Of a stretch of DNA of 64,000 nt, positions 27,077-38,050 are shown in pieces. The stretch covers positions 2,176,001 through 2,240,000 of the forward strand of contig OZ254086.1 in assembly GCA_965267575.1 (NCBI GenBank), written 5' to 3'. The translations under genes and the position numbers were made by a program. Each line of letters starts with the position of its first letter. Within the stretch, counting starts at the first letter, position 1. A model generated the notes under the pieces. It was not told where the DNA came from. It did not search any database and worked only from the letters and a program-made list of their open reading frames with translations. Origin of the DNA: Calditrichales bacterium (GTDB lineage: Bacteria > Calditrichota > Calditrichia > Calditrichales > J004).

Positions 27077-28003
27077 ATGTCCACCCCGTACCACATTCCG
27101 GTATTGGGCCGTGAAGTGTGCGACGCTTTGCTGCTTAATCCAGGCGGCGTCTATGTGGATGGCACGCTGGGCGGTGGCGGTCATGCCGAAATGATTCTGA
27201 AGCGCCTGGAAAAAGAGGCCCTGTACATTGGCATCGATCGGGATCCCGAAGCTCTGGTATTCGCCGGCAGGAGATTGCAGCGTTTTGATAATTTTAAGGC
27301 TGCACAGGCTCGTTTCGATCGCCTCGGCGACGTTTTGAGCCAGGCCGGATTGAAAAGCGTGGATGGCATTTTGCTGGACCTGGGTGTGTCATCCCGGCAA
27401 ATAGACGAAGACACACGCGGGTTTGCCTACCGCCGGGGTCTGAAACTGGATATGCGTATGGATACGAAACAGGATCTTACCGCTGAATGGATTGTCAACA
27501 ACTACTCTGCCGCAGAACTTACCCGCATATTCCGTGAATACGGTGAAGAGCGCTTCGCGGGGCGCATTGCCCGCAAAATCGAAGAAGCGCGTAATAAGAC
27601 CCCCGTTACGACAAGCGACCAGTTGATAGATATTATTGACCGTTGTGTTAACCCGCGCTTTGCGGTTAAAAGCTATGCCCGGATATTTCAGGCCCTGCGC
27701 ATTGCCGTAAACGATGAGCTTAAGGCGCTGGAAAACCTGTTGGAGCAAGGGCCTGACCTGTTGCACAAAGGCGGAAGGCTGGCGGTAATAACCTATCACT
27801 CTTTGGAGGACCGCATCGTTAAGCAGGCATTGCAGACAATGGAGAATCCCTGCATCTGCCCGCCGGATTTTCCGCAATGCGTATGTGGAAGAGAGCCGCG
27901 GATGAAGCGTGTTAAGCCCTTTTTTATTCTGCCGGGTGATGAAGAGATCGCTCAAAACCCGCGGGCACGCAGCGCAAAACTGAGAGTGGGAGAAAAGATA
28001 TGA
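27077..28003 (+). CDS. rsmH: 16S rRNA m4C1402 methyltransferase
   Basis: 'HIPVL', 'DGTLGGGGHA', 'DLGVSS.Q', 'FQALRIAVN', 'NPRARSAKLR'. Confidence 0.96.
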   Translation: MSTPYHIPVLGREVCDALLLNPGGVYVDGTLGGGGHAEMILKRLEKEALYIGIDRDPEALVFAGRRLQRFDNFKAAQARFDRLGDVLSQAGLKSVDGILLDLGVSSRQIDEDTRGFAYRRGLKLDMRMDTKQDLTAEWIVNNYSAAELTRIFREYGEERFAGRIARKIEEARNKTPVTTSDQLIDIIDRCVNPRFAVKSYARIFQALRIAVNDELKALENLLEQGPDLLHKGGRLAVITYHSLEDRIVKQALQTMENPCICPPDFPQCVCGREPRMKRVKPFFILPGDEEIAQNPRARSAKLRVGEKI

Positions 28004-28377
28004 AACAATCACCATTTAGTTTTAAAAGGATATTGATCAGCATGCCGCTGCTTTTTCTGTTTATTGGCGGCATCGCGCTTTACCAATATCAAAAATTCCA
28101 GATTGACCTGGTGCTAAAGGACATGCCGGCGCTGCACAAAAAGCACAGCCATCTGGTCAGCGAAACGGCATACCTGCAGGCCGAGATTGACAGGCTGAGT
28201 AATATCAACCGCATTTCGTCCATGGCAAAAAAGGAATTCGGTCTGGTTTTTGACGAACAGCCGCGGCAAACTCTGGTATTTGAAAACAGCGACCGCTTAT
28301 CCGACATACGCAGAGAATTTGCGGACAAGCAAAAAAACAAAAAACCCGAGACCATACAATCCGCCGGGATGAATTGA
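28000..28377 (+). CDS. ftsL: Cell division protein FtsL-like
   Basis: Single TM plus coiled coil 'L.AEIDRLS..RI...AK'; lies between rsmH and ftsI. Confidence 0.7.
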   Translation: MKQSPFSFKRILISMPLLFLFIGGIALYQYQKFQIDLVLKDMPALHKKHSHLVSETAYLQAEIDRLSNINRISSMAKKEFGLVFDEQPRQTLVFENSDRLSDIRREFADKQKNKKPETIQSAGMN

Positions 28378-28380
28378 ACT

Positions 28381-30453
28381 ATGAAACAGCCACTGTCTCC
28401 CCTGCACGGAGGGCGTTTTTACGTTCTGTTTACATTGCTGATTGTCTTCTGGGCATTGCTCGAAGCCAATCTTTTGCGTCTGCAGGTAGGCATGCACGAT
28501 GAGCTGACCGCCCTGGCCGAAGGACAGTATTATTCCAGCATAAAGCAAAAGGCGCCGCGCGGATTGATCTACGACCGCAACCTGAACAAGCTGGCCGCCA
28601 ATATCCTGCTGTACGATATCGCCGTTGACCCGACCAGGCTGGAGAATAAAGGCGCATTGGTAAACAGGATGGCAACGCGTTTTAACAGCAGCGCGGCCCA
28701 CTACCGGCGGCTGGTCAACAAGCCCAATACGGAGCATGTTTACCTGGAACGCCGCGTATCGCAAGCTGTTCTGGGCGATTTGCTGCAGCTTGATGATCCG
28801 GGCTTTATCGCCCACGAGGGTTTTGGTCGCTATTATCCGCTCAGCGGCACGGCTGCGCAGCTTCTCGGTTTTACCAATACGGAAGACAAAGGGTTGAGCG
28901 GACTGGAACTTCAATATGATTCGCTGCTCACCGGGCGTGACGGCGAATATATCCTGCTGCGCGACGGCCGCAGGCGTCTCTCGTTTGATGCGCATCGCCC
29001 CGTTCTGCCGGCCATCCCCGGCAAAGACCTGGTGCTGACGCTGGACAAGAATATTCAATCGGTTACCGAGGACGCCCTTAAGAAGGGTGTGGATGCCATG
29101 CGTGCCGACAACGGTATGGCGGTGGTGCTTGATCCCCGGACGGGTGCGGTGCTGGCCATGGCCAACTACCCCGGTTTCGATCCCAATGACCAGTCTGCCT
29201 ATGGCACGCAGCGCAAACGCAACCGCGTGATCACAGACGCTTTTGAACCCGGCTCAACGATGAAGATGTTTACAGCCGCGGCTATCCTGCAGGAGAGATT
29301 ACACAAACCGCAGGATATCGTTTTTTGCGAAAACGGACGCTATAAATATGCTTCGCATGTTTACCGCGATACCAAGCCCCATGGCTGGCTCAGTTTCAAC
29401 CATGTGATAGAGAAGTCGTCCAACATCGGTATGATAAAGCTGGCGGAGAAAATGCCGTCCAACATTTTTTTTCGCTACCTCAAAAGCTTTGGTTTTGGCG
29501 AGGAGACGGGCATCGGTCTTTGGGGTGAAGCGGAAGGTTCTTTAAGCCAGCCGGCACAATGGTCCCGGCTTTCCCGCGCCTCTATCTCCATCGGTCAGGA
29601 GATTGGTGTTACCGCGATCCAGATTTCCGCGGCATTTGCGGCGCTGGTAAACGGTGGTTATCTCTACCGCCCTTACGTGGTTAAAGCCGTTCGCGATATC
29701 GACGGCAGTGAGGAAGTCATAAATGAACCGTACAAAGTCCGGCAGATCATTGCGCCGGAAGTGAGCGAAATATTAAAAGGCATGATGCACGATGTAGTCG
29801 AAACCGGCACCGGTATCAAGGCCAGGCCCGATGGTATCGAAGTAGGCGGTAAAACCGGTACCGCGCAGAAGTTTGACCGTGAAAAAAAGCAATATACCTG
29901 GGGGCGCTATGTCTCCTCTTTCATTGGGTTTGCGCCTTATGATGAGCCGCGCTATATCTGCGCCGTTTTTATTGATGAGCCGCGCAACATGTATTACGGC
30001 GGCGACGTGGCCGGTCCGGTATTCCGCGACATCATCAGCCAGATCATTCATATATCGCCGCAACAGCAACAGCAAAAAGACATTGAAAATGAGTATAAGA
30101 TCGCCCTGGCCAGCCGCAGCACAAGTCTGCCGGATATGCAGGGTTTTTCCGTGGAAGGCGCGCGCGAGCTGCTGGAAGAGCGCGGATATGATGTGGACAT
30201 CCATGGCGAGGGCAGTATTGTAAAGACATTAAGTTTTGACGATGACGATGTAACAATCGAAACGATTTTTGCCGGCGCCGAAAGAACGGTTGTGCCGGAG
30301 CTGCGCGGCTTAACCTTGCGCGAGGCATTGAAGCAAATTGATTTTGCCCGGCTGGATGTGCAGGTGCAGGGCAACGGGACCGTCGTGCGCCAGTCGCTAA
30401 GGGCGGGCACCCGTATCAACGGGCGCGGCAGCCTGGTACTCTATTGTAATTGA
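28381..30453 (+). CDS. ftsI: Class B penicillin-binding protein FtsI with C-terminal PASTA domains
   Basis: 'RG.IYDRN', 'EPGSTMK' (SxxK), 'KSSNIG' (SxN), 'GKTGTAQ' (KTG). Confidence 0.93.
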   Translation: MKQPLSPLHGGRFYVLFTLLIVFWALLEANLLRLQVGMHDELTALAEGQYYSSIKQKAPRGLIYDRNLNKLAANILLYDIAVDPTRLENKGALVNRMATRFNSSAAHYRRLVNKPNTEHVYLERRVSQAVLGDLLQLDDPGFIAHEGFGRYYPLSGTAAQLLGFTNTEDKGLSGLELQYDSLLTGRDGEYILLRDGRRRLSFDAHRPVLPAIPGKDLVLTLDKNIQSVTEDALKKGVDAMRADNGMAVVLDPRTGAVLAMANYPGFDPNDQSAYGTQRKRNRVITDAFEPGSTMKMFTAAAILQERLHKPQDIVFCENGRYKYASHVYRDTKPHGWLSFNHVIEKSSNIGMIKLAEKMPSNIFFRYLKSFGFGEETGIGLWGEAEGSLSQPAQWSRLSRASISIGQEIGVTAIQISAAFAALVNGGYLYRPYVVKAVRDIDGSEEVINEPYKVRQIIAPEVSEILKGMMHDVVETGTGIKARPDGIEVGGKTGTAQKFDREKKQYTWGRYVSSFIGFAPYDEPRYICAVFIDEPRNMYYGGDVAGPVFRDIISQIIHISPQQQQQKDIENEYKIALASRSTSLPDMQGFSVEGARELLEERGYDVDIHGEGSIVKTLSFDDDDVTIETIFAGAERTVVPELRGLTLREALKQIDFARLDVQVQGNGTVVRQSLRAGTRINGRGSLVLYCN

Positions 30454-30462
30454 GAAGCATTT

Positions 30463-31908
30463 ATGAAAATCGAAGCACTGTTTAAAGACGTGGAAGCAGA
30501 AATGAAGGGCATACCCGCCGGCATAGACGTGAGCGGCCTGCAATATGACTCACGCAAGGTCGGCAAAGGTGACCTGTTCGTGGCCGTAAGGGGCTATGAA
30601 ACGGACGGGCACCGTTATCTGCCCGCGGCAAAAGAAAAAGGTGCAGTGCTGGCGGTGGTGGAAGAGATAAACAAGACCATTGACGTACCGCAGGTGCGGG
30701 TTAAGGACAGCCGCGCGGCCATGGCATTGCTGGCGCGTAATTTTCATACCAAAAAACTGGCCGGATTTAAGATGGTCGGGGTTACCGGAACAAACGGCAA
30801 AACCACCACGGTTTTTCTTATCCGCCAGATGCTGGAAAAGGCCGGAATCTCCTGCGGGCTGATTGGAACAATCCAGTACATAATTGGAAAGAAGCGGGTG
30901 AATTCCTGGAATACGACGCCTGAAGCCATTGACCTTTATGACATGATGGTGCAAATGGCCGGGGCCGGCAACAAAGCCTGCGTGCTGGAAGTTTCATCGC
31001 ACGCGCTGGCCCTTAAGCGTGTTTACGGCTTTAGTTTTGATGCGGCCGTTTTTACAAATCTAAGCCGCGACCACCTGGATTTTCACCAGGATATGGAAAC
31101 ATATTTCGTCGAAAAAAAGCGCCTTTTTGATCAACTTGGCAAAGAGGGTAAGGCCATTGTAAATGCTGATGATATGTACGGCAAAAGTCTGGCGGTTGAG
31201 CTTGGCGCTAAAGCCGTCACATTTGGTAAAGCTGAGGTGTGCGATATCCGCGCTTTGAATTGGGAAATTGCCGCCGAGGGCACGTCCATCAAGGTGAAGA
31301 CCGGTGATGATGAAATGCTAATAAAATCCCCGCTGATCGGTGATTTTAATGTGCACAACATTTTGGGCGCCGCGGGTGCGGGACTACAGCTCGGGCTGAA
31401 ACCGGCGCAGGTCGCGGAAGGGCTGGCCAGCCTGGATGCCGTGCCGGGACGCCTGCAGAAAATTACCCTTAACAATGGGGCGATCGCCGTAATTGATTAC
31501 GCGCATACGCCGGACGCGCTGGAAAAAGCTTTGCGCACATTACGCGGACTGACCGCCGGAAAGCTGATAGTTGTATTTGGCTGCGGCGGTGATCGTGACC
31601 GCGGCAAAAGGCCGGAAATGGGCAAAATAGCTCAGGACTGTGCCGACATGATTATCGTGACCGATGACAACCCGCGTACCGAGGATCCGCAGCGCATTAT
31701 TGATGACATTCTCGCGGGAACAAGACCGTCGCCTAACCTGCGCGTAGTCAACGATCGCAGGCGGGCGCTAGCCGACGCGCTGGAACAGATTTCGCCCGGC
31801 GATGTGTTGCTGGTTGCCGGAAAGGGGCACGAAACATACCAGGTGCTGGGAACCGTTAAGCATCCTTTTGATGAGGCCGCAATTATCAGGGAGCTGGATA
31901 ATGCTTAG
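30463..31908 (+). CDS. murE: UDP-MurNAc-L-Ala-D-Glu:meso-DAP ligase
   Basis: 'GTNGKTT', 'EVSSH', 'DYAHTPD', 'DDNPR' (DAP-type), 'AGKGHE'. Confidence 0.96.
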   Translation: MKIEALFKDVEAEMKGIPAGIDVSGLQYDSRKVGKGDLFVAVRGYETDGHRYLPAAKEKGAVLAVVEEINKTIDVPQVRVKDSRAAMALLARNFHTKKLAGFKMVGVTGTNGKTTTVFLIRQMLEKAGISCGLIGTIQYIIGKKRVNSWNTTPEAIDLYDMMVQMAGAGNKACVLEVSSHALALKRVYGFSFDAAVFTNLSRDHLDFHQDMETYFVEKKRLFDQLGKEGKAIVNADDMYGKSLAVELGAKAVTFGKAEVCDIRALNWEIAAEGTSIKVKTGDDEMLIKSPLIGDFNVHNILGAAGAGLQLGLKPAQVAEGLASLDAVPGRLQKITLNNGAIAVIDYAHTPDALEKALRTLRGLTAGKLIVVFGCGGDRDRGKRPEMGKIAQDCADMIIVTDDNPRTEDPQRIIDDILAGTRPSPNLRVVNDRRRALADALEQISPGDVLLVAGKGHETYQVLGTVKHPFDEAAIIRELDNA

Positions 31909-33277
31909 CATCAGCTTTCAGGATTTTTTGAAAATGCCCGACCTGCGCCTGTTCAACATGTCGGATGACATCATAGGCCGGCGCCACATCAAGGGCATAT
32001 CAATAGACTCCCGCACGGTGGGGCCCGAAGAGGTGTTCTGGGCCTTGCGCGGCGAGCGCTTTGACGGGCATGACTTTGTAAACGAGGCTTTTGCCCGCGG
32101 CGCTCTCTTTTGCGTGATCGAGGAGTCGGCTTCGGCGGAGCTGATGCACAGCGGCATTCCGCTGGTACTGGTGCAGGATACATTGAAAAGCCTGCAAAAC
32201 CTGGCCCAAATACAGCGCCTGAAGTACAACATCCCGGTGATCGGGCTGACCGGATCCAACGGCAAGACGACCGTAAAGCAAATGCTATCGCACCTGCTGC
32301 AAAAAAAAGGCAATGTGCACAAAACGCATGGCAACCTGAATAATCATATCGGTTGCCCGCTGACGATGCTGCAAATGAATGAAACACACGAAATGGCCAT
32401 CCTGGAAATGGGCACAAACAGCCCGGGTGAGATTGCTTTCCTTGGCGCGTTGGGTAAGCCGACACACGCGCTTGTAACGCTGATCGGCGAAGCGCACCTG
32501 GAAAAGCTGAAAACCCGCGAAGGTATCGCCAAGGAAAAGCTGAGTCTTTTTGACCAGTTGCCGGCAAACGGCACGGTATACCAGAATATGGATGATCCGT
32601 TTATTGCCGACTACAACCGGCCCGGTCTGCGCTACGTGCGCTATGCTTTCGAAAACGACGCGGCGGACGTAAAAGCCGGATATGGCGATCTGGATGATAA
32701 TGGCTGCGGCGCGCTGATTTTGGACGGCAAAAACGAGATTCGCCTAAAGGTGGCCGGTTTGCACAATGTGCGTAACGCCCTGGCTGCGGCGGCTGTCGCC
32801 CTGGATTTCGGACTAACCACAAATGAAATCGCAGAGGGGCTAAGTACTTTTAAAGCGTACGAAAAGCGGATGCAGATCGTGGAGTGGCGGGGTGCCAGGA
32901 TTCTCAATGATGCCTACAACGCCAGTCCTTCATCGATGCGCCTGGCGCTGGACACGGTACAGGCCATTCGGGTAAAGGGCAAAAAGCTTATCGCGCTGGG
33001 CGATATGTTTGAACTGGGCGAAGACGCAGCACAGATGCACCGCGATGTTTTGAAATATGCCGCCGGGCTGAAAGAAGGCCGCTTTTTCCTTATCGGCGAC
33101 CTGATGCACGGGGCGGCGCGCCAAACGGGGCTGGACAACGACAAACGGTTTACGTTGTGCCGCGATCTGAATGAAATGGCCGGCCTTATAAACGGCACGC
33201 TGCAGGAAAACGATCTGCTGATGATAAAAGGTTCGCGCGGAATGCAGATGGAAAAAATACTGGCTTACATAAACTAA
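31901..33277 (+). CDS. murF: UDP-MurNAc-tripeptide:D-Ala-D-Ala ligase
   Basis: 'DSR', 'TGSNGKTT', 'NN.IG.P', 'DAYNASP', 'KGSRGM'; ATG 31901 overlaps the murE end. Confidence 0.95.
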   Translation: MLSISFQDFLKMPDLRLFNMSDDIIGRRHIKGISIDSRTVGPEEVFWALRGERFDGHDFVNEAFARGALFCVIEESASAELMHSGIPLVLVQDTLKSLQNLAQIQRLKYNIPVIGLTGSNGKTTVKQMLSHLLQKKGNVHKTHGNLNNHIGCPLTMLQMNETHEMAILEMGTNSPGEIAFLGALGKPTHALVTLIGEAHLEKLKTREGIAKEKLSLFDQLPANGTVYQNMDDPFIADYNRPGLRYVRYAFENDAADVKAGYGDLDDNGCGALILDGKNEIRLKVAGLHNVRNALAAAAVALDFGLTTNEIAEGLSTFKAYEKRMQIVEWRGARILNDAYNASPSSMRLALDTVQAIRVKGKKLIALGDMFELGEDAAQMHRDVLKYAAGLKEGRFFLIGDLMHGAARQTGLDNDKRFTLCRDLNEMAGLINGTLQENDLLMIKGSRGMQMEKILAYIN

Positions 33278-33286
33278 AGAGTCGCC

Positions 33287-34390
33287 ATGCTGTCTGATTT
33301 TTTATATCAGTTCACCGATTACTTTTTCGCTTTTAACGTCTTCCGTTACATCACGGTGCGGGCGGCGTTAAGCGCGGTAACGGCACTGGTGATTGCTTTG
33401 TGGGTGGGGCCACGGATTATCAATGCCCTACGCCGCCACCAGATTGGTGAAGAGATACGCATTGAGGGGCCGGAAAGCCACAAGGTGAAAAAAGGCACGC
33501 CAACCATGGGTGGTCTGATCATCCTGCTTTCGGTTATTGCCGGAACCCTGCTTTGGGCCGATCTGAGCAATTTTTATCTGCTGCTCGCTTTTTTTGCCAC
33601 ACTGGCCATGGGTCTTGTCGGGTTCATAGATGACTATCTCAAGGCTGTGATGAAAATGAAAAAGGGCCTTATCGGGCGCTACAAGCTGATTGGCCAGATT
33701 ACCATGGGGCTGTTGCTGGCGCTGGTAATTGTCTGGCACCCGTTTTTTGAAGGGCTGCATTTCAATACGACGGTACCGTTCTTCAAAAACCTTGAGGTGG
33801 ATCTGGGGTTTTTATATGTACCGCTGATCATTTTTGTGATCACGGGTGCGTCCAACGCGGTCAATCTTACGGATGGTCTGGACGGTCTGGCCTCGGGTCT
33901 TGCCGCGATCGCATTTATCGCGCTGGCCGGTGTGGCCTACGTGACCAGCAACGTCAATTTCAGCGATTACCTGAATATCATTTATCTGCCGGGCAGTGAG
34001 GAGCTGGTGATCTTTTGTATGGCCTTGTTTGGCGCAGCGGTTGGCTTTTTGTGGTATAACGCCCATCCGGCGGAGGTTTTTATGGGCGATACCGGTTCGC
34101 TGGCATTGGGCGCGGCGCTTGGTGCGGTGGCGGTTTTGCTAAAAAAAGAACTGCTGCTTTTGTTGATCGCCGGTGTGTTTATCATGGAAGTGCTTTCTGT
34201 GATCATTCAAACGACGTGGTTTAAATACACGCGGCGCAAATATGGCATGGGCCGTCGCGTTTTTCGCATGAGTCCGGTTCACCATCATTTTGAGTTAAAA
34301 GGCTGGCCGGAAACGAAGGTCGTTGTGCGCTTCTGGATCATTGGTATTCTGCTGGCCTTGTTGAGTCTGAGTACGTTTAAAACGCAATAG
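33287..34390 (+). CDS. mraY: Phospho-N-acetylmuramoyl-pentapeptide transferase
   Basis: 'KKGTPTMGG', 'NAVNLTDGLDGL', 'FMGDTGSL', 'HHHFE'. Confidence 0.97.
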   Translation: MLSDFLYQFTDYFFAFNVFRYITVRAALSAVTALVIALWVGPRIINALRRHQIGEEIRIEGPESHKVKKGTPTMGGLIILLSVIAGTLLWADLSNFYLLLAFFATLAMGLVGFIDDYLKAVMKMKKGLIGRYKLIGQITMGLLLALVIVWHPFFEGLHFNTTVPFFKNLEVDLGFLYVPLIIFVITGASNAVNLTDGLDGLASGLAAIAFIALAGVAYVTSNVNFSDYLNIIYLPGSEELVIFCMALFGAAVGFLWYNAHPAEVFMGDTGSLALGAALGAVAVLLKKELLLLLIAGVFIMEVLSVIIQTTWFKYTRRKYGMGRRVFRMSPVHHHFELKGWPETKVVVRFWIIGILLALLSLSTFKTQ

Positions 34391-34400
34391 CGGTAATGCA

Positions 34401-35750
34401 ATGGACGTAAAAGAAAAAAAAGTAACTGTTCTGGGTGCGGCACGCAGCGGCATTGCCGCCGCTCTGCTGCTTAAGGGCAAAGGGGCGCGCGTCATTGTGA
34501 GCGACAGTGCCGAGGCCGAGCGCAAAGCCATGGAGCAGGACGTGCTGCTGGAGGAGCGCATCGATGCCGAATTCGGCGGGCACAGCGAACGCATTTACGA
34601 TGCCGATTTTGTTGTGCTGAGTCCCGGTATCCCGGCGGCCAGTACCGTGGTGCGACGTTTTTATGAAAAAGATATTCCGGTCTACTCGGAGGTCGAGGTG
34701 GCCGGGTGGTACAACCGCGGTAAGATCATTGGTGTAACCGGCTCCAACGGCAAGACAACGACCACAACGCTTATTGGTGAGATGTTGCGCCGTTCCGATC
34801 CGGGGGCGATCGTTGCCGGCAATATCGGCAGCGCGCTTTCCGAGCATGTGGCCAACAGTAAACCGGGGCGCTGGGGTGTCGTTGAGCTTTCCAGTTTTCA
34901 GTTGGAAACAATCGATACGCTGCATTGCGATTTGGCCGTGGTACTGAACTTCGCGCCCAACCACCTGGACCGCTATGAGAGCTACGAAGATTACATCGAA
35001 GCCAAATGGCGCATCACTAAAAATCTACGCACCGGCGACAGGCTTATCTACAACGCCGACGATGAGCTGCTCAGCCAAAAAGCGCAAACTGTAAAGGGAC
35101 ACGCGCTGGCCTTTAGTACAAAGGGTATCAATCCGCCGGGAGCAGGGCTGCATGAGCACGGCTTATACATGTTTGGCCAAAAATTGATTGACCTGAGCGA
35201 CATTAAACTTAATGGCATCCACAATTATATGAATGCCATGGCGGCGGTCCTAGCGGCGCATTATGCCGGTGTATCGGCGGCAGATATGTGCCATGTGCTT
35301 CAGAACTTTGCCGGTGTGGAGCACCGCCTGGAACATGTGGCCGAAAAAGACGGCATCCTGTTCATTAACGATTCCAAGGCGACCACGGTTGAATCGATGT
35401 CTTACGCGCTGCAAAGTTTTGAACGGCCGATCGTTTTGATCGCCGGGGGTAAGGACAAGGGCAGCGACTTCAGCAAGCTTTTGCCGCTGCTTAAGAAGCA
35501 CGTGCGACAGGCTATTTTAATCGGCACGGCGGCGGACAAAATGCAGCAGGCCTGGCAGGGAAGCATTTCACTGGATAAGGCGGCAGCGCTGGACGAAGCT
35601 GTGGAAAAAGCCGTCAAAGCGGCTCGCAAAGGCGATGTGATTTTACTTTCACCGGCCTGCGCCAGCTTTGACATGTTTAAAGATTATGAAGAACGGGGCC
35701 GCGTGTTTAAGGCCCTTGTAAAAGAGAGGACGCAAGATGCTTCGCGGTAA
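34401..35750 (+). CDS. murD: UDP-MurNAc-L-Ala:D-Glu ligase
   Basis: 'SPGIP', 'GSNGKTTT', 'ELSSFQLE', 'NDSKAT', 'SPACASFD'. Confidence 0.96.
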   Translation: MDVKEKKVTVLGAARSGIAAALLLKGKGARVIVSDSAEAERKAMEQDVLLEERIDAEFGGHSERIYDADFVVLSPGIPAASTVVRRFYEKDIPVYSEVEVAGWYNRGKIIGVTGSNGKTTTTTLIGEMLRRSDPGAIVAGNIGSALSEHVANSKPGRWGVVELSSFQLETIDTLHCDLAVVLNFAPNHLDRYESYEDYIEAKWRITKNLRTGDRLIYNADDELLSQKAQTVKGHALAFSTKGINPPGAGLHEHGLYMFGQKLIDLSDIKLNGIHNYMNAMAAVLAAHYAGVSAADMCHVLQNFAGVEHRLEHVAEKDGILFINDSKATTVESMSYALQSFERPIVLIAGGKDKGSDFSKLLPLLKKHVRQAILIGTAADKMQQAWQGSISLDKAAALDEAVEKAVKAARKGDVILLSPACASFDMFKDYEERGRVFKALVKERTQDASR

Positions 35751-36906
35751 AGTCGACCTGGTGCTGGCCATTGTGGTAATCGGGCTGATCATGGTCGGGC
35801 AGGTGATGGTGTTCAGCGCCAGTTCCATCAGCGCGGATTTCAAGTACGGTTCGGTGTTTTACTTTTTTGCCAAACAGCTAACCTATGGCTTTTTGGCAGT
35901 CATCCTTTGCATTGCCGCATCGCATGTTGACTATCGTAAATACAATAAGGGCCGCCGGGCCGGCTTTTTTATCGTTTTCGCGATTGTTTTGCTGGTGGGC
36001 CTGCTTATTGTCGGCCGGCCTATAAAAGGTGCTGTGCGCTGGTACGATCTGGGCATTACCAATTTTCAGCCGTCTGAAGTAGCCCGTCTGGCGGTGATCG
36101 TGTTTCTGGCGCACCGGCTTTCCAATACCGAGGTCGATTTCAGCCAGTTCAAAAAAGAGGTGCTGCCAATCGTCATAATGCCGGTCATTATTGTCGGATT
36201 GATTGTTTTACAGCCTGATTTAAGCACGGCGCTGATGATCTGCCTGGTCTGCGGCGGGATGTTTTTTGTGAGCCGCGTTCCACAGCGCTACCTGGCTTAT
36301 ATGGCATCGCCGGCTATCCCGCTGGGCATTTTGCTGATGAACAGCGGCAACTACCAGGTACGGCGTATCGAAGCATGGCTGGCCAGCCTCACTAATATCA
36401 GGGAAGCGCCATACCAGGTGAAACAATCAGCCATCGCGCTGGGACGCGGTGGTTTGTGGGGGCAGGGCATCGGCGAAAGCAAGCAGAAGCTCAATTTTCT
36501 GCCGGACTCGCACACGGACTTCATCTTTTCGATTATCGGCGAGGAGTTCGGCTTTATCGGGGCAAGCGTTATTTTGATTGCTTTTGTGGTCATACTGGTG
36601 CGCGGGCTGCGTGTCGCGCGTAACGCCCCGGACGGCTTCGGGCAGTTTCTGGCGCTGGGCATTACATTAAATATCGCCTTGTACGCATTTATGAATACCG
36701 CCGTGGTTACCAACCTGGTGCCGGCTACGGGTCTGCCCATGCCTTTTATCAGTTACGGTGGATCGCATTTGCTTTTTATGGGCATTGCCGTCGGCGTCCT
36801 GCTCAATATATCACGCCATGTGCGCCACGGCGGTGAGGAGTTGGACTGGAGCGAGTTTCAGAACCGCCGCCAGAGTTTGCACAATCGCTTCATGGAGGTG
36901 GATTGA
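35737..36906 (+). CDS. ftsW: SEDS peptidoglycan polymerase FtsW
   Basis: 'FQPSE', 'QPDLST', 'LPDSHTDFIFSIIGEE', 'PFISYGGS'; within the dcw cluster. Confidence 0.95.
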   Translation: MLRGKVDLVLAIVVIGLIMVGQVMVFSASSISADFKYGSVFYFFAKQLTYGFLAVILCIAASHVDYRKYNKGRRAGFFIVFAIVLLVGLLIVGRPIKGAVRWYDLGITNFQPSEVARLAVIVFLAHRLSNTEVDFSQFKKEVLPIVIMPVIIVGLIVLQPDLSTALMICLVCGGMFFVSRVPQRYLAYMASPAIPLGILLMNSGNYQVRRIEAWLASLTNIREAPYQVKQSAIALGRGGLWGQGIGESKQKLNFLPDSHTDFIFSIIGEEFGFIGASVILIAFVVILVRGLRVARNAPDGFGQFLALGITLNIALYAFMNTAVVTNLVPATGLPMPFISYGGSHLLFMGIAVGVLLNISRHVRHGGEELDWSEFQNRRQSLHNRFMEVD

Positions 36907-38046
36907 GTGTCGCGGCAGTTGCGCGTGGCCTTTGCCGGCGGCGGCACGGGCGGTCATCTTTATCCGGCGCTGAACCTGGCCCGTGTCTTCGAGGCACACT
37001 GGGATTGCCGGTTGCTTTTTTTTGGTACGCAGCGCGGGATTGAAGCACGCAAGCTGCCGGCCCTGGGTTACGATCTGGAAATTTTGCCGGTACGCGGTTT
37101 CCAGCGCAGCCTGAATTTGCAAAACCTGATGTTTCCGCTGCGCTTGTGGCAGAGCCTGCGGCGCAGCAAAAGAAAATTGAAAGAGTTCCGGCCGCATCTT
37201 GTGATCGGCACAGGCGGTTACGTGATGGGACCGGTTTTAAAGAACAGTACAAAAATGGCAATACCGACTTTTATACAGGAACAGAACAGCTATCCAGGCG
37301 TCACAACGCGCCTGCTGGCGGCCAAAGCGGACATGGTTTTTCTGGCCTACGACGAGGCGCTGGCGCATTTGGGTGAAGGCGTCTCCTGGATACACAGCGG
37401 CAACCCGATCTTTAAACGGCAGGACAAGCCCGATCGTAAAGCCGCCCGTGAAAAATTCGGGCTGACGATGGACGGGCCGGTGGTACTGGTGTTTGGCGGT
37501 AGCCAGGGCGCGTTGAGCATTAACAATGCCGTCCGCGACATATTGCATGAACAGCGCGTCGGCGGGGAAATACAGATCTTGTGGCAAACGGGTGATGGCC
37601 AGTTCGAGACAATCAAGCGCCGGGCAGAAGAAAGCGGTTTAAGGAAAAATGTGAAGATTGTGCCTTATATCGATGATATGTGGAGCGCATACAGTGCCGC
37701 GGATTTTGCCGTTTGCCGGGCAGGCGCCATGAGCCTTTCCGAGCTGATGGCTGCCGGGTTGCCGGCCATCCTGGTGCCACTGAAAAGCGCCGCTGCCGAT
37801 CACCAGACGAAGAACGCGCGTGCCCTGCAGCAAAAAGAATGCGCCATGCTGGTCGAAGACAATCCGCAGTTGGCGCAAAACCTGGCCAAAGCGATTAAAA
37901 CGCTGGGGCAGGATAAGGCGTTGCGCGAAAAGATGAGCCGCTCGCTTTTAGCGATGGCGCAACCGGACGCCGCCGAAAAAATAGTTGATAAGATGGTTGA
38001 AGTGATGAAACAAAAACAGCGCTGGCCGCTGGAAAACGAGAGTTGA
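36907..38046 (+). CDS. murG: Lipid I GlcNAc transferase
   Basis: 'GGGTGGH', 'GTGGY', 'EQNS.PG', 'GGSQGA', 'CRAGA'. Confidence 0.96.
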   Translation: MSRQLRVAFAGGGTGGHLYPALNLARVFEAHWDCRLLFFGTQRGIEARKLPALGYDLEILPVRGFQRSLNLQNLMFPLRLWQSLRRSKRKLKEFRPHLVIGTGGYVMGPVLKNSTKMAIPTFIQEQNSYPGVTTRLLAAKADMVFLAYDEALAHLGEGVSWIHSGNPIFKRQDKPDRKAAREKFGLTMDGPVVLVFGGSQGALSINNAVRDILHEQRVGGEIQILWQTGDGQFETIKRRAEESGLRKNVKIVPYIDDMWSAYSAADFAVCRAGAMSLSELMAAGLPAILVPLKSAAADHQTKNARALQQKECAMLVEDNPQLAQNLAKAIKTLGQDKALREKMSRSLLAMAQPDAAEKIVDKMVEVMKQKQRWPLENES

Positions 38047-38050
38047 GAAA

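Noticed and set aside
30058-30075. Poly-Gln codon run in ftsI
   Set aside because: It is a short mixed CAA/CAG linker before the PASTA domains, not a slippage-type phase-variation tract.
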